Shown here in pieces: positions 46,968 through 56,611 of a stretch of DNA of 64,000 nt (its first letter is position 1; every line of letters begins with the position of its first letter). Below the pieces are notes generated by a model. The model had not been told where the DNA came from and did not search any database. It worked only from the letters and a program-made list of their open reading frames with translations. The stretch is from Gemmatimonadales bacterium. Its GTDB lineage: Bacteria > Gemmatimonadota > Gemmatimonadetes > Gemmatimonadales > GWC2-71-9. Where the stretch lies: NCBI GenBank assembly GCA_049680185.1, contig JBAUHI010000027.1, positions 43,383-107,382 on the forward strand, given 5' to 3'. A program made the translations under genes and the position numbers.

Positions 46968-48470
46968 ATGCAGATCGACCTTAGCACTCCCGTCGGCATC
47001 GCGGTGGCGCTCCTGCCCGAGCTCCTGCTGAGCGGCTGGGCGGTCCTGCTGGTGCTCCTGGTCGGGTTCCGGCACCGCACGCCCGGGGATGCCCGTCTGG
47101 CCGGATGGGTCGCGCTCCCCGGGCTCATCCTCGCGGCGGTGGCCTTCGGGTGGCTCGGCCGGACGGGCGTGCAGAGCGACGGACCGTCGCTGATGGTGGC
47201 GCTCGATACCTTCCGATGGGTGTCGGGGTTCCTGATCCTCGCCTGCGCTGCCGCCACCGTGCTTCTGTCGATCCCGTACCTGGAGCGGGAAGGGATCGCC
47301 GCACCCGAGTTCTATCCCCTCATTCTGCTCGCCACGGTCGGGATGCTCGTGATGGTCGCCGCCGCCGACCTGATCGTGTTCTTCCTCGGCCTCGAGACGA
47401 TGTCGGTCGCGGTGTATGTCCTGGCCGGCTATGACCGCCGCAGTGCGTTCTCCGCGGAGGCGGCGCTCAAGTACTTCCTGATCGGCGCGTTCGCGTCGGG
47501 CTTCCTGCTGTATGGCATCGCCCTGACGTATGGCGCCACCGGCACCACCAATCTGAGCTTCATCGGTGCCCAGTTGGGGAGCGCCCGATTCACGGTCATG
47601 GCGGGGATCGGATTGGCGCTCCTTCTCGTGGGCTTCGCCTTCAAGATCGCCGCGTTCCCGTTCCATATGTGGGCACCGGACGTCTATGATGGTGCTCCGA
47701 CCACGGTGACCACATTCATGGCCACCGCGGTCAAGGCCGCCGCGTTCATCGCGTTGGTGCGGGTGCTGGTCGAGGCGTTCCCGTCCGCCGGCGATGTCTG
47801 GCAGCCGGCCATCGCCGCGCTCGCCGTCGCGACGATGATCTTCGGCAACCTGGTGGCGCTGGTCCAGCGCTCGATCAAGCGGATGCTCGCCTACAGTGCC
47901 GTCGCTCACGCAGGCTACATCCTGGTCGCGGTGCACGCCCAGACCGGGGCCGGACCAGGCGCGGTGTGGCTGTACCTCGCGGCGTACTCCGTCACGACCA
48001 TCGCGAGCTTCGGATTCTTGGCCGTCCTCGGACGGGGCGGAGAACGCGATGTCACCCTGGATCGGATCGCCGGCCTCGCCTCCGAGCGCCCCGGCGTGGC
48101 GTTCGGCTTCGCCATCTCGATGTTGTCGCTCCTCGGCATCCCGGGCACCTTCGGCTTCATCGGCAAGTGGAGCATCCTGCTGACGTCAGTGGGCGAGCAC
48201 AGCACCGTCTTGCCGGTGGTGCTGGTGCTCACCAGCGTGGTGTCCGCGGGCTACTACCTGCCGGTCGTCATGGCCATGTACATGAAGCCCGCCCCCCGCC
48301 CAGGCGCGTATGCCGAGGTACGCTCGGGGTGGCTGATGGGCGGGGTCCTGGCGCTCAGTGTGGCCCTGATCATCGGTCTCGGTCTGTTCCCGGCGGGGGT
48401 CTTGCGCGCCACCGAGGACGCTGCGGCATCGTTGCCCGCGGTGGCGGCGCAATCGAGCGCACGCCCCTGA
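46968..48470 (+). CDS. nuoN: NADH-quinone oxidoreductase subunit N
   Basis: FLGLETMSVAVYVLAG, FPFHMWAPDVYDGAPTTVT. Last gene of nuoA-N. Confidence 0.94.
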   Translation: MQIDLSTPVGIAVALLPELLLSGWAVLLVLLVGFRHRTPGDARLAGWVALPGLILAAVAFGWLGRTGVQSDGPSLMVALDTFRWVSGFLILACAAATVLLSIPYLEREGIAAPEFYPLILLATVGMLVMVAAADLIVFFLGLETMSVAVYVLAGYDRRSAFSAEAALKYFLIGAFASGFLLYGIALTYGATGTTNLSFIGAQLGSARFTVMAGIGLALLLVGFAFKIAAFPFHMWAPDVYDGAPTTVTTFMATAVKAAAFIALVRVLVEAFPSAGDVWQPAIAALAVATMIFGNLVALVQRSIKRMLAYSAVAHAGYILVAVHAQTGAGPGAVWLYLAAYSVTTIASFGFLAVLGRGGERDVTLDRIAGLASERPGVAFGFAISMLSLLGIPGTFGFIGKWSILLTSVGEHSTVLPVVLVLTSVVSAGYYLPVVMAMYMKPAPRPGAYAEVRSGWLMGGVLALSVALIIGLGLFPAGVLRATEDAAASLPAVAAQSSARP

Positions 48471-48549
48471 CAGCGGGCGACACCGCCCGGGACGGTGCCG
48501 GGAGATCATCCACCGGCTCTCCGCCGGGTCTCCTGGGGAGCCCATCTCG

Positions 48550-49920
48550 ATGAAGGTCCCCAAGTCGGTCTTCCGCGAGTACGATGTGCGCGGCATCGTC
48601 GAGCGAGAGCTCACCCCGGCCTTTGCGGAGGCGCTGGGGCGCGCGTTCGGCTCCCTCGTTGCGACCATGATCGGACGCGCACCGGTCATCGCGGTCGGCC
48701 GCGACAACCGCCCATCGGGCAGCGCCCTCGCCGCGGCCGCACGGCGCGGCATCGTCGCGTCCGGCGGGACCGCGATCGACATCGGCATGGTCCCCACACC
48801 CGCGCTGTACTTTGCCGTCGGCGCCCTCGACGCCGACGCGGGTCTACAGGTCACCGGGTCCCACAATCCCCCCGAATTCAACGGCTTCAAGATGGTCGCC
48901 GCTGGCGAAGCGATCCACGGTGAGCGCATCCTCGAGCTGTGGGAGATGATCGAGCTCGAAGCGTGGCGCACGGGGCGGGGCAGCGAACGGAACGACGGAT
49001 CGATCCTCGCCCGATACCGCGAGGCGATCATCGCCCGCCACCATCTGTCGCGGCCGGTCGATGTGGTGGTCGACTGCGGCAACGGGGTCGGCAGCCTCGT
49101 CGCGGTCAGCACCCTCGAGGCGCTCGGCTGCGAGGTGGTGCCGCTCTTCTGCGACTCGGACGGGACCTTTCCCAACCATCACCCGGATCCCACGGTACCG
49201 GAGAACCTTCGCGACCTCCAGGCCGCGGTGCGGCGGACCGGCGCGGAGCTCGGCATCGCCTTCGACGGTGATGCCGACCGGATCGGCGCCGTCGACGAGG
49301 AGGGGCGCGTGCTCTTCGGCGACCAACTCCTGATCATCTTCGGGCGGGATGCGGTGCGGCGTTTCGGCCCCGGTGTGCCCGTCATCTTTGACGTCAAGTG
49401 TTCCGACCTCCTGCCCCGGGCGCTGGCCGAGGCGGGCGCCCGCCCGGAGATGTGGAAGACCGGCCATTCGCTCATCAAGGAACGGATGCGGGAGCTCGCG
49501 GCCCCGCTCGCCGGCGAGATGAGCGGCCACATGTTCTTCGGGGGCGACTGGTTCGGGTTCGATGACGCGCTCTTCGCCGCAGCGCGACTCCTGGAGGTCG
49601 TCGCCGCGGGGCCGCGCGGCCTTGCCCGACTCCTGGCCGACCTGCCGGTGACCCACACCACGCCGGAGATCCGCGTGGACTGCGCCGACGATCGGAAGTT
49701 CGACGTCGTCGCGCGGGCGGCACGGCATTTTGCGGCGCGCTACCCGGTCAACACCATCGACGGCGTCCGCATGACGTTTCCCCACGGCTGGGGCCTCGTG
49801 CGCGCATCCAACACCCAGCCGATCCTCGTGCTCCGTTTCGAGGCCGCCGATCCCGCGGCGCTCCAGGCGTATCGTGCAGAGGTGCTGGAGTGGCTCGCGG
49901 GGGAGGGTGTGCACGCCTGA
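48550..49920 (+). CDS. Phosphomannomutase/phosphoglucomutase (alpha-D-phosphohexomutase family)
   Basis: FREYDVRGIV, active-site loop VTGSHNPPEFNGFK, metal loop FDGDADR, GEMSGH. Confidence 0.9.
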   Translation: MKVPKSVFREYDVRGIVERELTPAFAEALGRAFGSLVATMIGRAPVIAVGRDNRPSGSALAAAARRGIVASGGTAIDIGMVPTPALYFAVGALDADAGLQVTGSHNPPEFNGFKMVAAGEAIHGERILELWEMIELEAWRTGRGSERNDGSILARYREAIIARHHLSRPVDVVVDCGNGVGSLVAVSTLEALGCEVVPLFCDSDGTFPNHHPDPTVPENLRDLQAAVRRTGAELGIAFDGDADRIGAVDEEGRVLFGDQLLIIFGRDAVRRFGPGVPVIFDVKCSDLLPRALAEAGARPEMWKTGHSLIKERMRELAAPLAGEMSGHMFFGGDWFGFDDALFAAARLLEVVAAGPRGLARLLADLPVTHTTPEIRVDCADDRKFDVVARAARHFAARYPVNTIDGVRMTFPHGWGLVRASNTQPILVLRFEAADPAALQAYRAEVLEWLAGEGVHA

Positions 49921-52318
49921 GCTGACCGAGTCCCGGCTGCGGCGGTGGGGAGCGGCGGCGCTCCTGGCCGCTGGCGCACTGATCGCCGGCCGTTGGGTCA
50001 CGGTCCTCATCGCCACCCGCTGGTGGTCGCTGGCCGTGGCGCCGGCCAGCCAGCCATTCGTCACGCACTGGATCGTCGTCCGCGGACTGGTGGAGGCACT
50101 TGGTCTGGTGGTCGGCGCCGGCTGGTTCGCGGGCAACTTCCTCGTGGTGGCCCGCGCGATCGGATCGGTCGAGCTCCCGCGGCGGATCGGAGACCTCGAC
50201 ATTCGCGAAGCGGTGCCGCCCGCCGCGGTGTTCGGGCTGGCCACCATTGGCGGTGCGGTCCTTGGGCTCCTGGCCGGAAGCGGTGCAGGGCGGCAGACCG
50301 GCGCCATCCTGCTCGCGTGGCACGGCTTGCACTGGGGCCTGGCCGATCCAGTGCTGGGGCATGACGCCTCGGTCTATGTGGCACAACTCCCACTCTGGAT
50401 CGCCGCCCTGCATTTCGTCTCGGTCCTCATCGCCGGCGCCGCGATCGCGGTCGCCATCGCCTACGCCGCGCTCGGTGCCCTCAAGGTGGGCCGGGCCGGG
50501 ATCGCCATCACCGACGATGCGCGCACCCATCTCGGCCTCCTGCTCGGAGGTCTGGTCGCCACGTTCGCGGTCGGGACACTGCTCCTGCCGGTCCGCGCCC
50601 TGGCGCGTCTGGCCGGAGGTCCGGCGCTTCCGTCGTGGCTGCTGATCGCGTCATCCGGCATGATGGCGGTGGCGGCGGCCGCCGGCGCCGTCCTCGTTGG
50701 TGCATGGGCCCTCCGCGGCCGCTCGACGCATCTCGTTGCTGGCGTGATCACGACGGCGCTGGTCGCGGGCGCGCGCGTGACCGTGCCCGACGTGGGCGGT
50801 ACACCGGTCTCGGCAGCCGATGTTCGGTCGTTCACGCTCGCCGGGTGGGGATTGGCCGGAATCGACGACCGCCCGGCCCGGTCCAGCATCGGCAGTATGA
50901 GTGCCCCGGCCGGAACGGGGCTGTGGACCGCCAGCGTGCTCCTCGCCGTGGCGACCTCGAACGACCGCGTGGTAGCGGCCTCACGCTCCAACGTGCTGGT
51001 GCGGGGGCGATGGCGCCGCTCCTGGTCGGTCGTGCGGGCCTCGGGTGATTCGACCCTCCTGTCGGTCATCGCGGACGATCAGGCGAACGGCGCCGGTGGG
51101 CCACTCTCGTTCCGACCGGCGGACCCCCTCGCCTATCCGGGGACCGTCCCCTACGCATCGCTCCCGCCCGGGAGTGTATGGCCGGGCGCACCGGATCGTG
51201 CGCTCGGCACGGTCGGGGTCACGGTGGGCGGGGCCGCACGGCGGCTGGTCCTGGCGTGGGCCGCGCAGGCGGGGGCACTGTTGGCCTCGACGGTCGCGGA
51301 TTCGACCCGACTCGGCTGGTATCTGGATCCGACCGCGCGGTTGGCCCAGCTGTTCCCGCCGGCGCGGTGGTCGGAGCCGGAGATCGTGTTGGATGATGGG
51401 CGGGTGACTTGGGTGGTCGTCGGGTCATTGCCCTACGCTGCGTTCCCGCTCGCTCCTCGCGCAGAAGTGCTCGCCACCGAGGCTGGCGGCGCCGACCCCG
51501 GTGTCATCGGGGTCATCGACGCCGGCTCCGGGTCAGTTCGGATCTTCCTGCTGCCGGGCGCCGGCCCGGTGGCGCTGGCATGGCGCGACATCACCGGCGG
51601 TCTGATCGAGCCGGCCGATTCGATCCCGTCGGCTGTCGCGGCGGGGCTGACGTACCCGATCGAGTGGCTGGCGCTTCAGGCCAAGATCCTCAGCGAGGGA
51701 TCATTCGGACTTCCGCCCGTCGGCGCAGACAGCGGTGACCTGACACGACCGGTCCCGACGTGGGATTCAACGCTCGCGGCCCACCAGGTCGCGTTCGTCG
51801 ATCCGACACCGCCCGGACGGGTCGTGGCGCTCCTGTCCGGTGAGGTGCGAGATCGACGCCTCTCGGTCCGACTGCTTCGGATCCCCGGCGCGGCGTCGCT
51901 GCCGGGGCCACGTCGACTGACGCGCAGCTGGACCCAGTTCGCGTCGTATGGCCAGATGGCCGACTCGATCACCGCCGCCGGCGATCGGGTCGTTGCCGGG
52001 CCGGTCACCTACGAGTGGCGCAACGGAAGACTCGAGGCGTCCCAACTCACGTACCGGGCCGCACGACCGACGTCGCCGGCGGTCCTCTGGGCCAGCGTTG
52101 CGGTCGATCGGCGCCTCGGTGCCGGAAGTGACATCGCCTCTGCCTGGGCGAATCTGCAGGGACGGAGTCCGCCAGTCGCCCAAGGACGCCAGACGTCGGA
52201 CCGGTTGGCGCAGGCCAGGCTCTGGGTCGAGCGGGCCGATTCCGCCTTGCACCGCGGAGACCTGACCGCGTTCGGGCGCGCATTCGCCGCCCTGAAAGAA
52301 CTGGTCGAAGCACCCTAA
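49874..52318 (+). CDS. Large polytopic membrane protein, divergent UPF0182-like
   Basis: About seven N-terminal TM helices, then a ~550-aa soluble part. WHGLHWGLADPVLGHDASVYVAQLPLW resembles the UPF0182 FG..DP.FG.D.SFY.FQLP block. Start uncertain (GTG 49907 possible). Confidence 0.45.
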   Translation: MQRCWSGSRGRVCTPELTESRLRRWGAAALLAAGALIAGRWVTVLIATRWWSLAVAPASQPFVTHWIVVRGLVEALGLVVGAGWFAGNFLVVARAIGSVELPRRIGDLDIREAVPPAAVFGLATIGGAVLGLLAGSGAGRQTGAILLAWHGLHWGLADPVLGHDASVYVAQLPLWIAALHFVSVLIAGAAIAVAIAYAALGALKVGRAGIAITDDARTHLGLLLGGLVATFAVGTLLLPVRALARLAGGPALPSWLLIASSGMMAVAAAAGAVLVGAWALRGRSTHLVAGVITTALVAGARVTVPDVGGTPVSAADVRSFTLAGWGLAGIDDRPARSSIGSMSAPAGTGLWTASVLLAVATSNDRVVAASRSNVLVRGRWRRSWSVVRASGDSTLLSVIADDQANGAGGPLSFRPADPLAYPGTVPYASLPPGSVWPGAPDRALGTVGVTVGGAARRLVLAWAAQAGALLASTVADSTRLGWYLDPTARLAQLFPPARWSEPEIVLDDGRVTWVVVGSLPYAAFPLAPRAEVLATEAGGADPGVIGVIDAGSGSVRIFLLPGAGPVALAWRDITGGLIEPADSIPSAVAAGLTYPIEWLALQAKILSEGSFGLPPVGADSGDLTRPVPTWDSTLAAHQVAFVDPTPPGRVVALLSGEVRDRRLSVRLLRIPGAASLPGPRRLTRSWTQFASYGQMADSITAAGDRVVAGPVTYEWRNGRLEASQLTYRAARPTSPAVLWASVAVDRRLGAGSDIASAWANLQGRSPPVAQGRQTSDRLAQARLWVERADSALHRGDLTAFGRAFAALKELVEAP

Positions 52319-52327
52319 GTCGTGCGC

Positions 52328-52356
52328 TTGTAAATCGTTAGCCAAGGCGCTAGTTT
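52328..52356 (+). promoter_or_regulatory. Candidate promoter for arcC-sucCD
   Basis: TTGTAA (52328-33), 17 nt, TAGTTT (52351-56). The -10 ends 10 nt before ATG 52367. Confidence 0.35.
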
Positions 52357-52366
52357 CGGCGTCCAG

Positions 52367-53335
52367 ATGCCCAGGAACGTCCCAGTCGACCCGCCAAAGA
52401 CCGTCGTCGTGGCCCTCGGCGGCAATGCGTTGGCAGTGGCCAACGAACCGGCCACGATCGGCAACCAATTCCGGCACACGCGGGAAAGTCTGGCGCCGAT
52501 CGTCGAGCTGGCACGGGCCGGGTGGAACATCGCCTTGGTGCACGGGAACGGTCCCCAGATCGGTGACGAACTGGTCCGGAATGAGACCGCCGTCGGACTG
52601 GTGGAACCGCTTCCCCTCGGCGTGCTGGTGGCAGGGACCGCCGGGTGGATCGGATACATGATCCAGCAATCGCTGCAGAATGCGCTCCGCCACGCCGGCA
52701 TCGACCGCCCCGTGGTGACGCTGGTCACGCAGACCGAGGTCGACCCCTCCGACCCCCAGCTGCACATCCCCGTCAAGCGGGCCGGCCATCCGCTCGATGC
52801 CGACCGGGCGCATCGCCTGGAAGCGCGCGGCATTCCGGTCAAGATGGATGCTGATGCTGTGCATTGGCACCGACTGACCGTGAGCCCGGTGCCGATCGGC
52901 GTGGTGGAGGCACCGTTGGTGGAGCGATTGGTGGCGACGGGCGTCATCGTGATCGCGGCGGGTGGGGGCGGACCGCCGGTCTTTCGTGACCCGACAGGCG
53001 ACCTCGAAGGCGTGGATGGCGTGGTGGACAAGGATCGGGTGAGTGCGGTGCTTGCGCGGGATCTCCACGCTCAAGTCCTGATCATCCTGACCGAGGCCGA
53101 TGCCGTCTACCGGGGGTGGGGCACGGCGTCGGCGTCCCCCATCCGCACGATGACGCTGGCGGAGGCCGATGCGCTGCTCGCATCGGGAACGTTGGAAAAG
53201 GGGAGCATCGCTCCCAAGGTCGAGGCCGGAGCTGCCTTCGTGCGCTTCGGCGGGGAACGGGCGATCATCGCCAAGTTGTCCGAAGGGCGGGCGGCCCTCG
53301 AGGGCCGGACCGGGACCACCATCACGAGGATGTGA
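52367..53335 (+). CDS. arcC: Carbamate kinase
   Basis: VVVALGGNAL, LVHGNGPQIGDE, IAAGGGGPPV, VDKDRVSAVLA. Confidence 0.88.
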   Translation: MPRNVPVDPPKTVVVALGGNALAVANEPATIGNQFRHTRESLAPIVELARAGWNIALVHGNGPQIGDELVRNETAVGLVEPLPLGVLVAGTAGWIGYMIQQSLQNALRHAGIDRPVVTLVTQTEVDPSDPQLHIPVKRAGHPLDADRAHRLEARGIPVKMDADAVHWHRLTVSPVPIGVVEAPLVERLVATGVIVIAAGGGGPPVFRDPTGDLEGVDGVVDKDRVSAVLARDLHAQVLIILTEADAVYRGWGTASASPIRTMTLAEADALLASGTLEKGSIAPKVEAGAAFVRFGGERAIIAKLSEGRAALEGRTGTTITRM

Positions 53336-53336
53336 C

Positions 53337-54476
53337 GTGAATCTGCATGAATATCAGGCGCGGACCCTGTTACAGAAGGTCGGGGTCCCGATGTTCGAGG
53401 GCGATGTCGCTGCGACGCCGGACGAGGCCGCGGCGATCGCCAAGCGACTGGGCGGCAAGGTCGTGGTGAAGGCGCAGGTCCACGCCGGCGGCCGCGGGAA
53501 GGCCGGCGGTGTCAAGCTCGCCGCCACGCCGGCGGAGGCCAAGGATGCCGCGTCGAAGATCCTCGGGATGACGATCAAGGGGCTCACGGTCCACAAAGTG
53601 CTGGTCGTGCCGGCCGCGGACATCGCCTCCGAGGCCTACGTCGGCATCATCCTGGATCGGGAGTCGCAGCGCCCCGTGGTGATGGTGAGCCCGGCCGGCG
53701 GGATCGATATCGAGGAGGTCGCCGCCAAGACCCCCGAGAAGATCCTCAAGCTCCCGGTGGATCCCCGGTACGGGCTGTTGCCGCACCAGGCGATGACGTT
53801 GGGCTTCTTCCTGTACCAGGATTTTGCCCACGTGAAGGCGGCCGCGGCCATCCTGCAGCAGCTCTACCGGGCGTTCGATGGCAATGGTGCGTCGCTCGCC
53901 GAGATCAATCCGTTGGTGACGACGCCGGACGGCAGGGTGCTGGCGCTCGACGCCAAGGTGAGCATCGATGACAACGAGCTCGACCGCCGTCCCGACCTTG
54001 CCGCCCTGCGGGACGACACCGCCGAGGCCCCGAGCGAGGTCGAGGCCCGACGCGCCGGCCTCACGTTCATCAAGCTCGACGGCAACGTCGGGTGCGTGGT
54101 CAATGGCGCCGGCCTGGCCATGGCCACGATGGACCTCGTCAAGTACTACGGTGGCGATCCGGCCAACTTCCTTGATATCGGCGGCAGTTCGAACCCCGAA
54201 AAAGTTGTGAACGCCCTGCGGATCATCACCAGCGATCCCAACGTGAAGGGCATCCTGTTCAACATCTTTGGCGGGATCACCCGGACCGACGACGTCGCCA
54301 ACGGCCTCAAGACGGCGCTGGCCAAGTTCCCCGTCAAGGTGCCGATCGTCGTCCGGCTGACCGGTACCAATGAGGTCGAGGCGGTCAAGATCCTCAAAGG
54401 GATCGGCATGGAGGCGTTGAGCGACATGGACGAGGCGGTCGCGCGCGTGGTCAAGCTCGTCCGGGAGGCTGCGTGA
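53337..54476 (+). CDS. sucC: Succinyl-CoA synthetase beta subunit
   Basis: (M)[44 protein letters not shown] start 1 nt after the arcC stop. Confidence 0.95.
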   Translation: MNLHEYQARTLLQKVGVPMFEGDVAATPDEAAAIAKRLGGKVVVKAQVHAGGRGKAGGVKLAATPAEAKDAASKILGMTIKGLTVHKVLVVPAADIASEAYVGIILDRESQRPVVMVSPAGGIDIEEVAAKTPEKILKLPVDPRYGLLPHQAMTLGFFLYQDFAHVKAAAAILQQLYRAFDGNGASLAEINPLVTTPDGRVLALDAKVSIDDNELDRRPDLAALRDDTAEAPSEVEARRAGLTFIKLDGNVGCVVNGAGLAMATMDLVKYYGGDPANFLDIGGSSNPEKVVNALRIITSDPNVKGILFNIFGGITRTDDVANGLKTALAKFPVKVPIVVRLTGTNEVEAVKILKGIGMEALSDMDEAVARVVKLVREAA

Positions 54477-55345
54477 GCATCTTCATCGGGAAGTCGACGC
54501 GCCTGGTGGTGCAGGGCATCACCGGGCGGGACGGATCGTTCCACGCCAAGCAGATGCTCGCCTACGGCACCAACGTGGTCGCCGGGGTCACGCCAGGGAA
54601 GGGTGGCCAGGTGTTCGAGGGCACGGTGCCGGTCTTCAACACCGTCGCCGAGGCCGTGAAGCAGGCGGGCGCCAACACCAGCGTCATCTATGTGCCGCCC
54701 GCCGGTGCTGCAGGCGCAATCTATGAGGCGGTGGATGCCGGGATACAGCTCGTGGTGTGCATCACCGAGGGCGTCCCGGTGCTGGACATGACCCGGGTCA
54801 TGCCCTACGTCCGGGAGCACGGCGCCCGGCTCATCGGCCCGAATTGTCCGGGGGCGATCACGCCGGGGGAGGCCAAGGTCGGCATCATTCCCGGGAACAT
54901 CTGTGCGCCGGGGCGGGTGGGACTCGTGTCGCGGAGCGGCACGCTGACGTATGAAGTGGTCAACCACCTGACCAAGCATGGCATCGGGCAGAGCACCTGC
55001 GTCGGCATCGGCGGCGACCCGATCATCGGCACCAATTTCATCGACTGTCTCCGGGCCTTCCAGGACGATCCCAAGACCGACGCGATCGTGATGATGGGCG
55101 AGATCGGAGGCACCGACGAGCAGCACGCCGCCGACTTCGTGAAGCAGCATGTCACCAAGCCGGTGGTCGGGTTCATCGCCGGGCAGACCGCACCTCCCGG
55201 TCGCCGGATGGGCCATGCCGGTGCCATCATCTCGGGCCACGCTGGCACGGCCGCGGAAAAGATGGCGGCCTTCGAGGCCGCGGGGATCAGCGTGATGAAG
55301 CGCCCCGTCGATGTCGTGGCGCTGCTCAAGCAGCGGATGAAGTAG
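54473..55345 (+). CDS. sucD: Succinyl-CoA synthetase alpha subunit
   Basis: [21 protein letters not shown], phosphohistidine loop MGHAGAIIS. Confidence 0.96.
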   Translation: MSIFIGKSTRLVVQGITGRDGSFHAKQMLAYGTNVVAGVTPGKGGQVFEGTVPVFNTVAEAVKQAGANTSVIYVPPAGAAGAIYEAVDAGIQLVVCITEGVPVLDMTRVMPYVREHGARLIGPNCPGAITPGEAKVGIIPGNICAPGRVGLVSRSGTLTYEVVNHLTKHGIGQSTCVGIGGDPIIGTNFIDCLRAFQDDPKTDAIVMMGEIGGTDEQHAADFVKQHVTKPVVGFIAGQTAPPGRRMGHAGAIISGHAGTAAEKMAAFEAAGISVMKRPVDVVALLKQRMK

Positions 55346-55351
55346 TGCTCA

Positions 55352-55386
55352 ACGCTGAGAGCTCAGCGTCAAGAGCCAGACTCTTG
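55352..55386 (+). terminator. Two adjacent stem-loops after sucD
   Basis: ACGCTGA gagc TCAGCGT (55352-69), then CAAGAG ccaga CTCTTG (55370-86). No U-tract. AT-richer spacer before ndk. Confidence 0.4.
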
Positions 55387-55445
55387 GCGGTTCTCAGTTG
55401 TACGCGCTAGGCACTAAGCTCTAAGCCTCTCTCTCGGAGTACCAC

Positions 55446-55883
55446 GTGTCGAACACCCAGGTCACGCTCGCGATCGTCAAGCCCGATGCTGTCGCCAACC
55501 AGAAGATCGGCGCCATCGTCGCCCACCTCGAGCGCGAGGGCTTCGTGGTCCGGGCCGCCCGGATGGTCCGCCTGACGGGGGCGGAGGCCGGTGCCTTCTA
55601 TGCCGTGCACGAAGGGCGGCCATTCTACCCGGAACTGGTCGAATTCATGACCAGCGGGCCCTGTGTGCCTCTGGCGCTGGAGCGGGCCGACGCCGTGGCC
55701 CACCTCCGGTCGGTCATCGGCGCCACGGACCCCAAGGACGCCGCACCCGGGACCATCCGGAAGCTGCACGCCGAATCGAAGGGCAAGAACGCCATTCACG
55801 CGTCGGACAGTCCGGAGAATGCGGCCCGGGAAGTGGCGTTCTTCTTCACCGAGGCGGAGCGGGCCGGACTCTTCTCGAAGTGA
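55446..55883 (+). CDS. ndk: Nucleoside-diphosphate kinase
   Basis: TLAIVKPDAV, NAIHASDS active-site His. GTG start with an upstream GGAG. Confidence 0.95.
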   Translation: MSNTQVTLAIVKPDAVANQKIGAIVAHLEREGFVVRAARMVRLTGAEAGAFYAVHEGRPFYPELVEFMTSGPCVPLALERADAVAHLRSVIGATDPKDAAPGTIRKLHAESKGKNAIHASDSPENAAREVAFFFTEAERAGLFSK

Positions 55884-55914
55884 GCCGGCGCGCCCACTTT
55901 CGCGGCCCATCAAC

Positions 55915-55943
55915 TTGACCTAACCTCGCACCCCTGATAGGTT
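55915..55943 (+). promoter_or_regulatory. Candidate promoter for the yceD-rpmF-plsX-fab operon
   Basis: TTGACC (55915-20), 17 nt, TAGGTT (55938-43). The predicted TSS is about 55950, 2 nt before ATG 55952. Confidence 0.4.
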
Positions 55944-55951
55944 TAGTGGCT

Positions 55952-56416
55952 ATGTTGCTGGTCGATCTGCGTGACCTCCAGAAGGGCCCGGTCGAGACCG
56001 TGGGCCGTGTTCCACCGGACGATGAGCTCTTTGCTGGCCTCGAGCCTGCCCTCGCCACACCGCTGGCGGTGGAGGGTCGTCTGCAGGCGACGAGCGAGAG
56101 CGAGATCTTCTGGAACGGGCATCTCGCGGGCGAAGTGGTCGGGTCGTGTCGCCGGTGCCTGACGGAGGTGCGGCGGCCGGTGGAGGCTGATGTGGCGGCG
56201 CTCTTCACCGCCGATCCTGAGGCGGGCGATGACCCCGAGGTCTACCTCCTGGCGCCGCGCGCCACTCAGATCGACCTGCGCCCGATCGTGCGTGAGGAAT
56301 TGTTGCTGGCGGTGCCGTCGTTCCTCCTCTGTCGGGAAGACTGCGCCGGACTGTGTCCGAACTGTGGTATTGACCTGAACCAGGGTCCGTGCGGGTGCAC
56401 GGCCCCGAAGGCGTGA
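55952..56416 (+). CDS. yceD: YceD/DUF177 family protein (23S rRNA accumulation protein)
   Basis: Lies immediately upstream of rpmF (conserved synteny). C-terminal Cys cluster CREDCAGLCPNCGIDLN..CGC. Track start is GTG 55946; ATG 55952 is preferred. Confidence 0.8.
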   Translation: MLLVDLRDLQKGPVETVGRVPPDDELFAGLEPALATPLAVEGRLQATSESEIFWNGHLAGEVVGSCRRCLTEVRRPVEADVAALFTADPEAGDDPEVYLLAPRATQIDLRPIVREELLLAVPSFLLCREDCAGLCPNCGIDLNQGPCGCTAPKA

Positions 56417-56428
56417 GCCGAGGATCCC

Positions 56429-56611
56429 ATGGCAGTCCCGAAGCGAAAGATGTCCAAGTCCCGCAAGCGTCTGCGTCGCGGGCAAGATTCTGGTGCTGGC
56501 ATGCGGACGCAGGCGTGTCCCCGGTGTTCCAGCCCCAAGTTGCCGCATCGCGTTTGTCCGACGTGCGGATACTACCGGGGCAAGAAGGTGGTCGAAGTCG
56601 GGGACGAGTGA
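56429..56611 (+). CDS. rpmF: 50S ribosomal protein L32
   Basis: MAVPKRKMSKSRKRLRR, zinc ribbon CPRC...CPTCGYY. Confidence 0.93.
   Translation: MAVPKRKMSKSRKRLRRGQDSGAGMRTQACPRCSSPKLPHRVCPTCGYYRGKKVVEVGDE

Noticed and set aside
45590-47257. 555-aa minus-strand ORF opposite nuoM/nuoN
   Set aside because: It is an antisense shadow of membrane-subunit genes with a highly charged, low-complexity translation.
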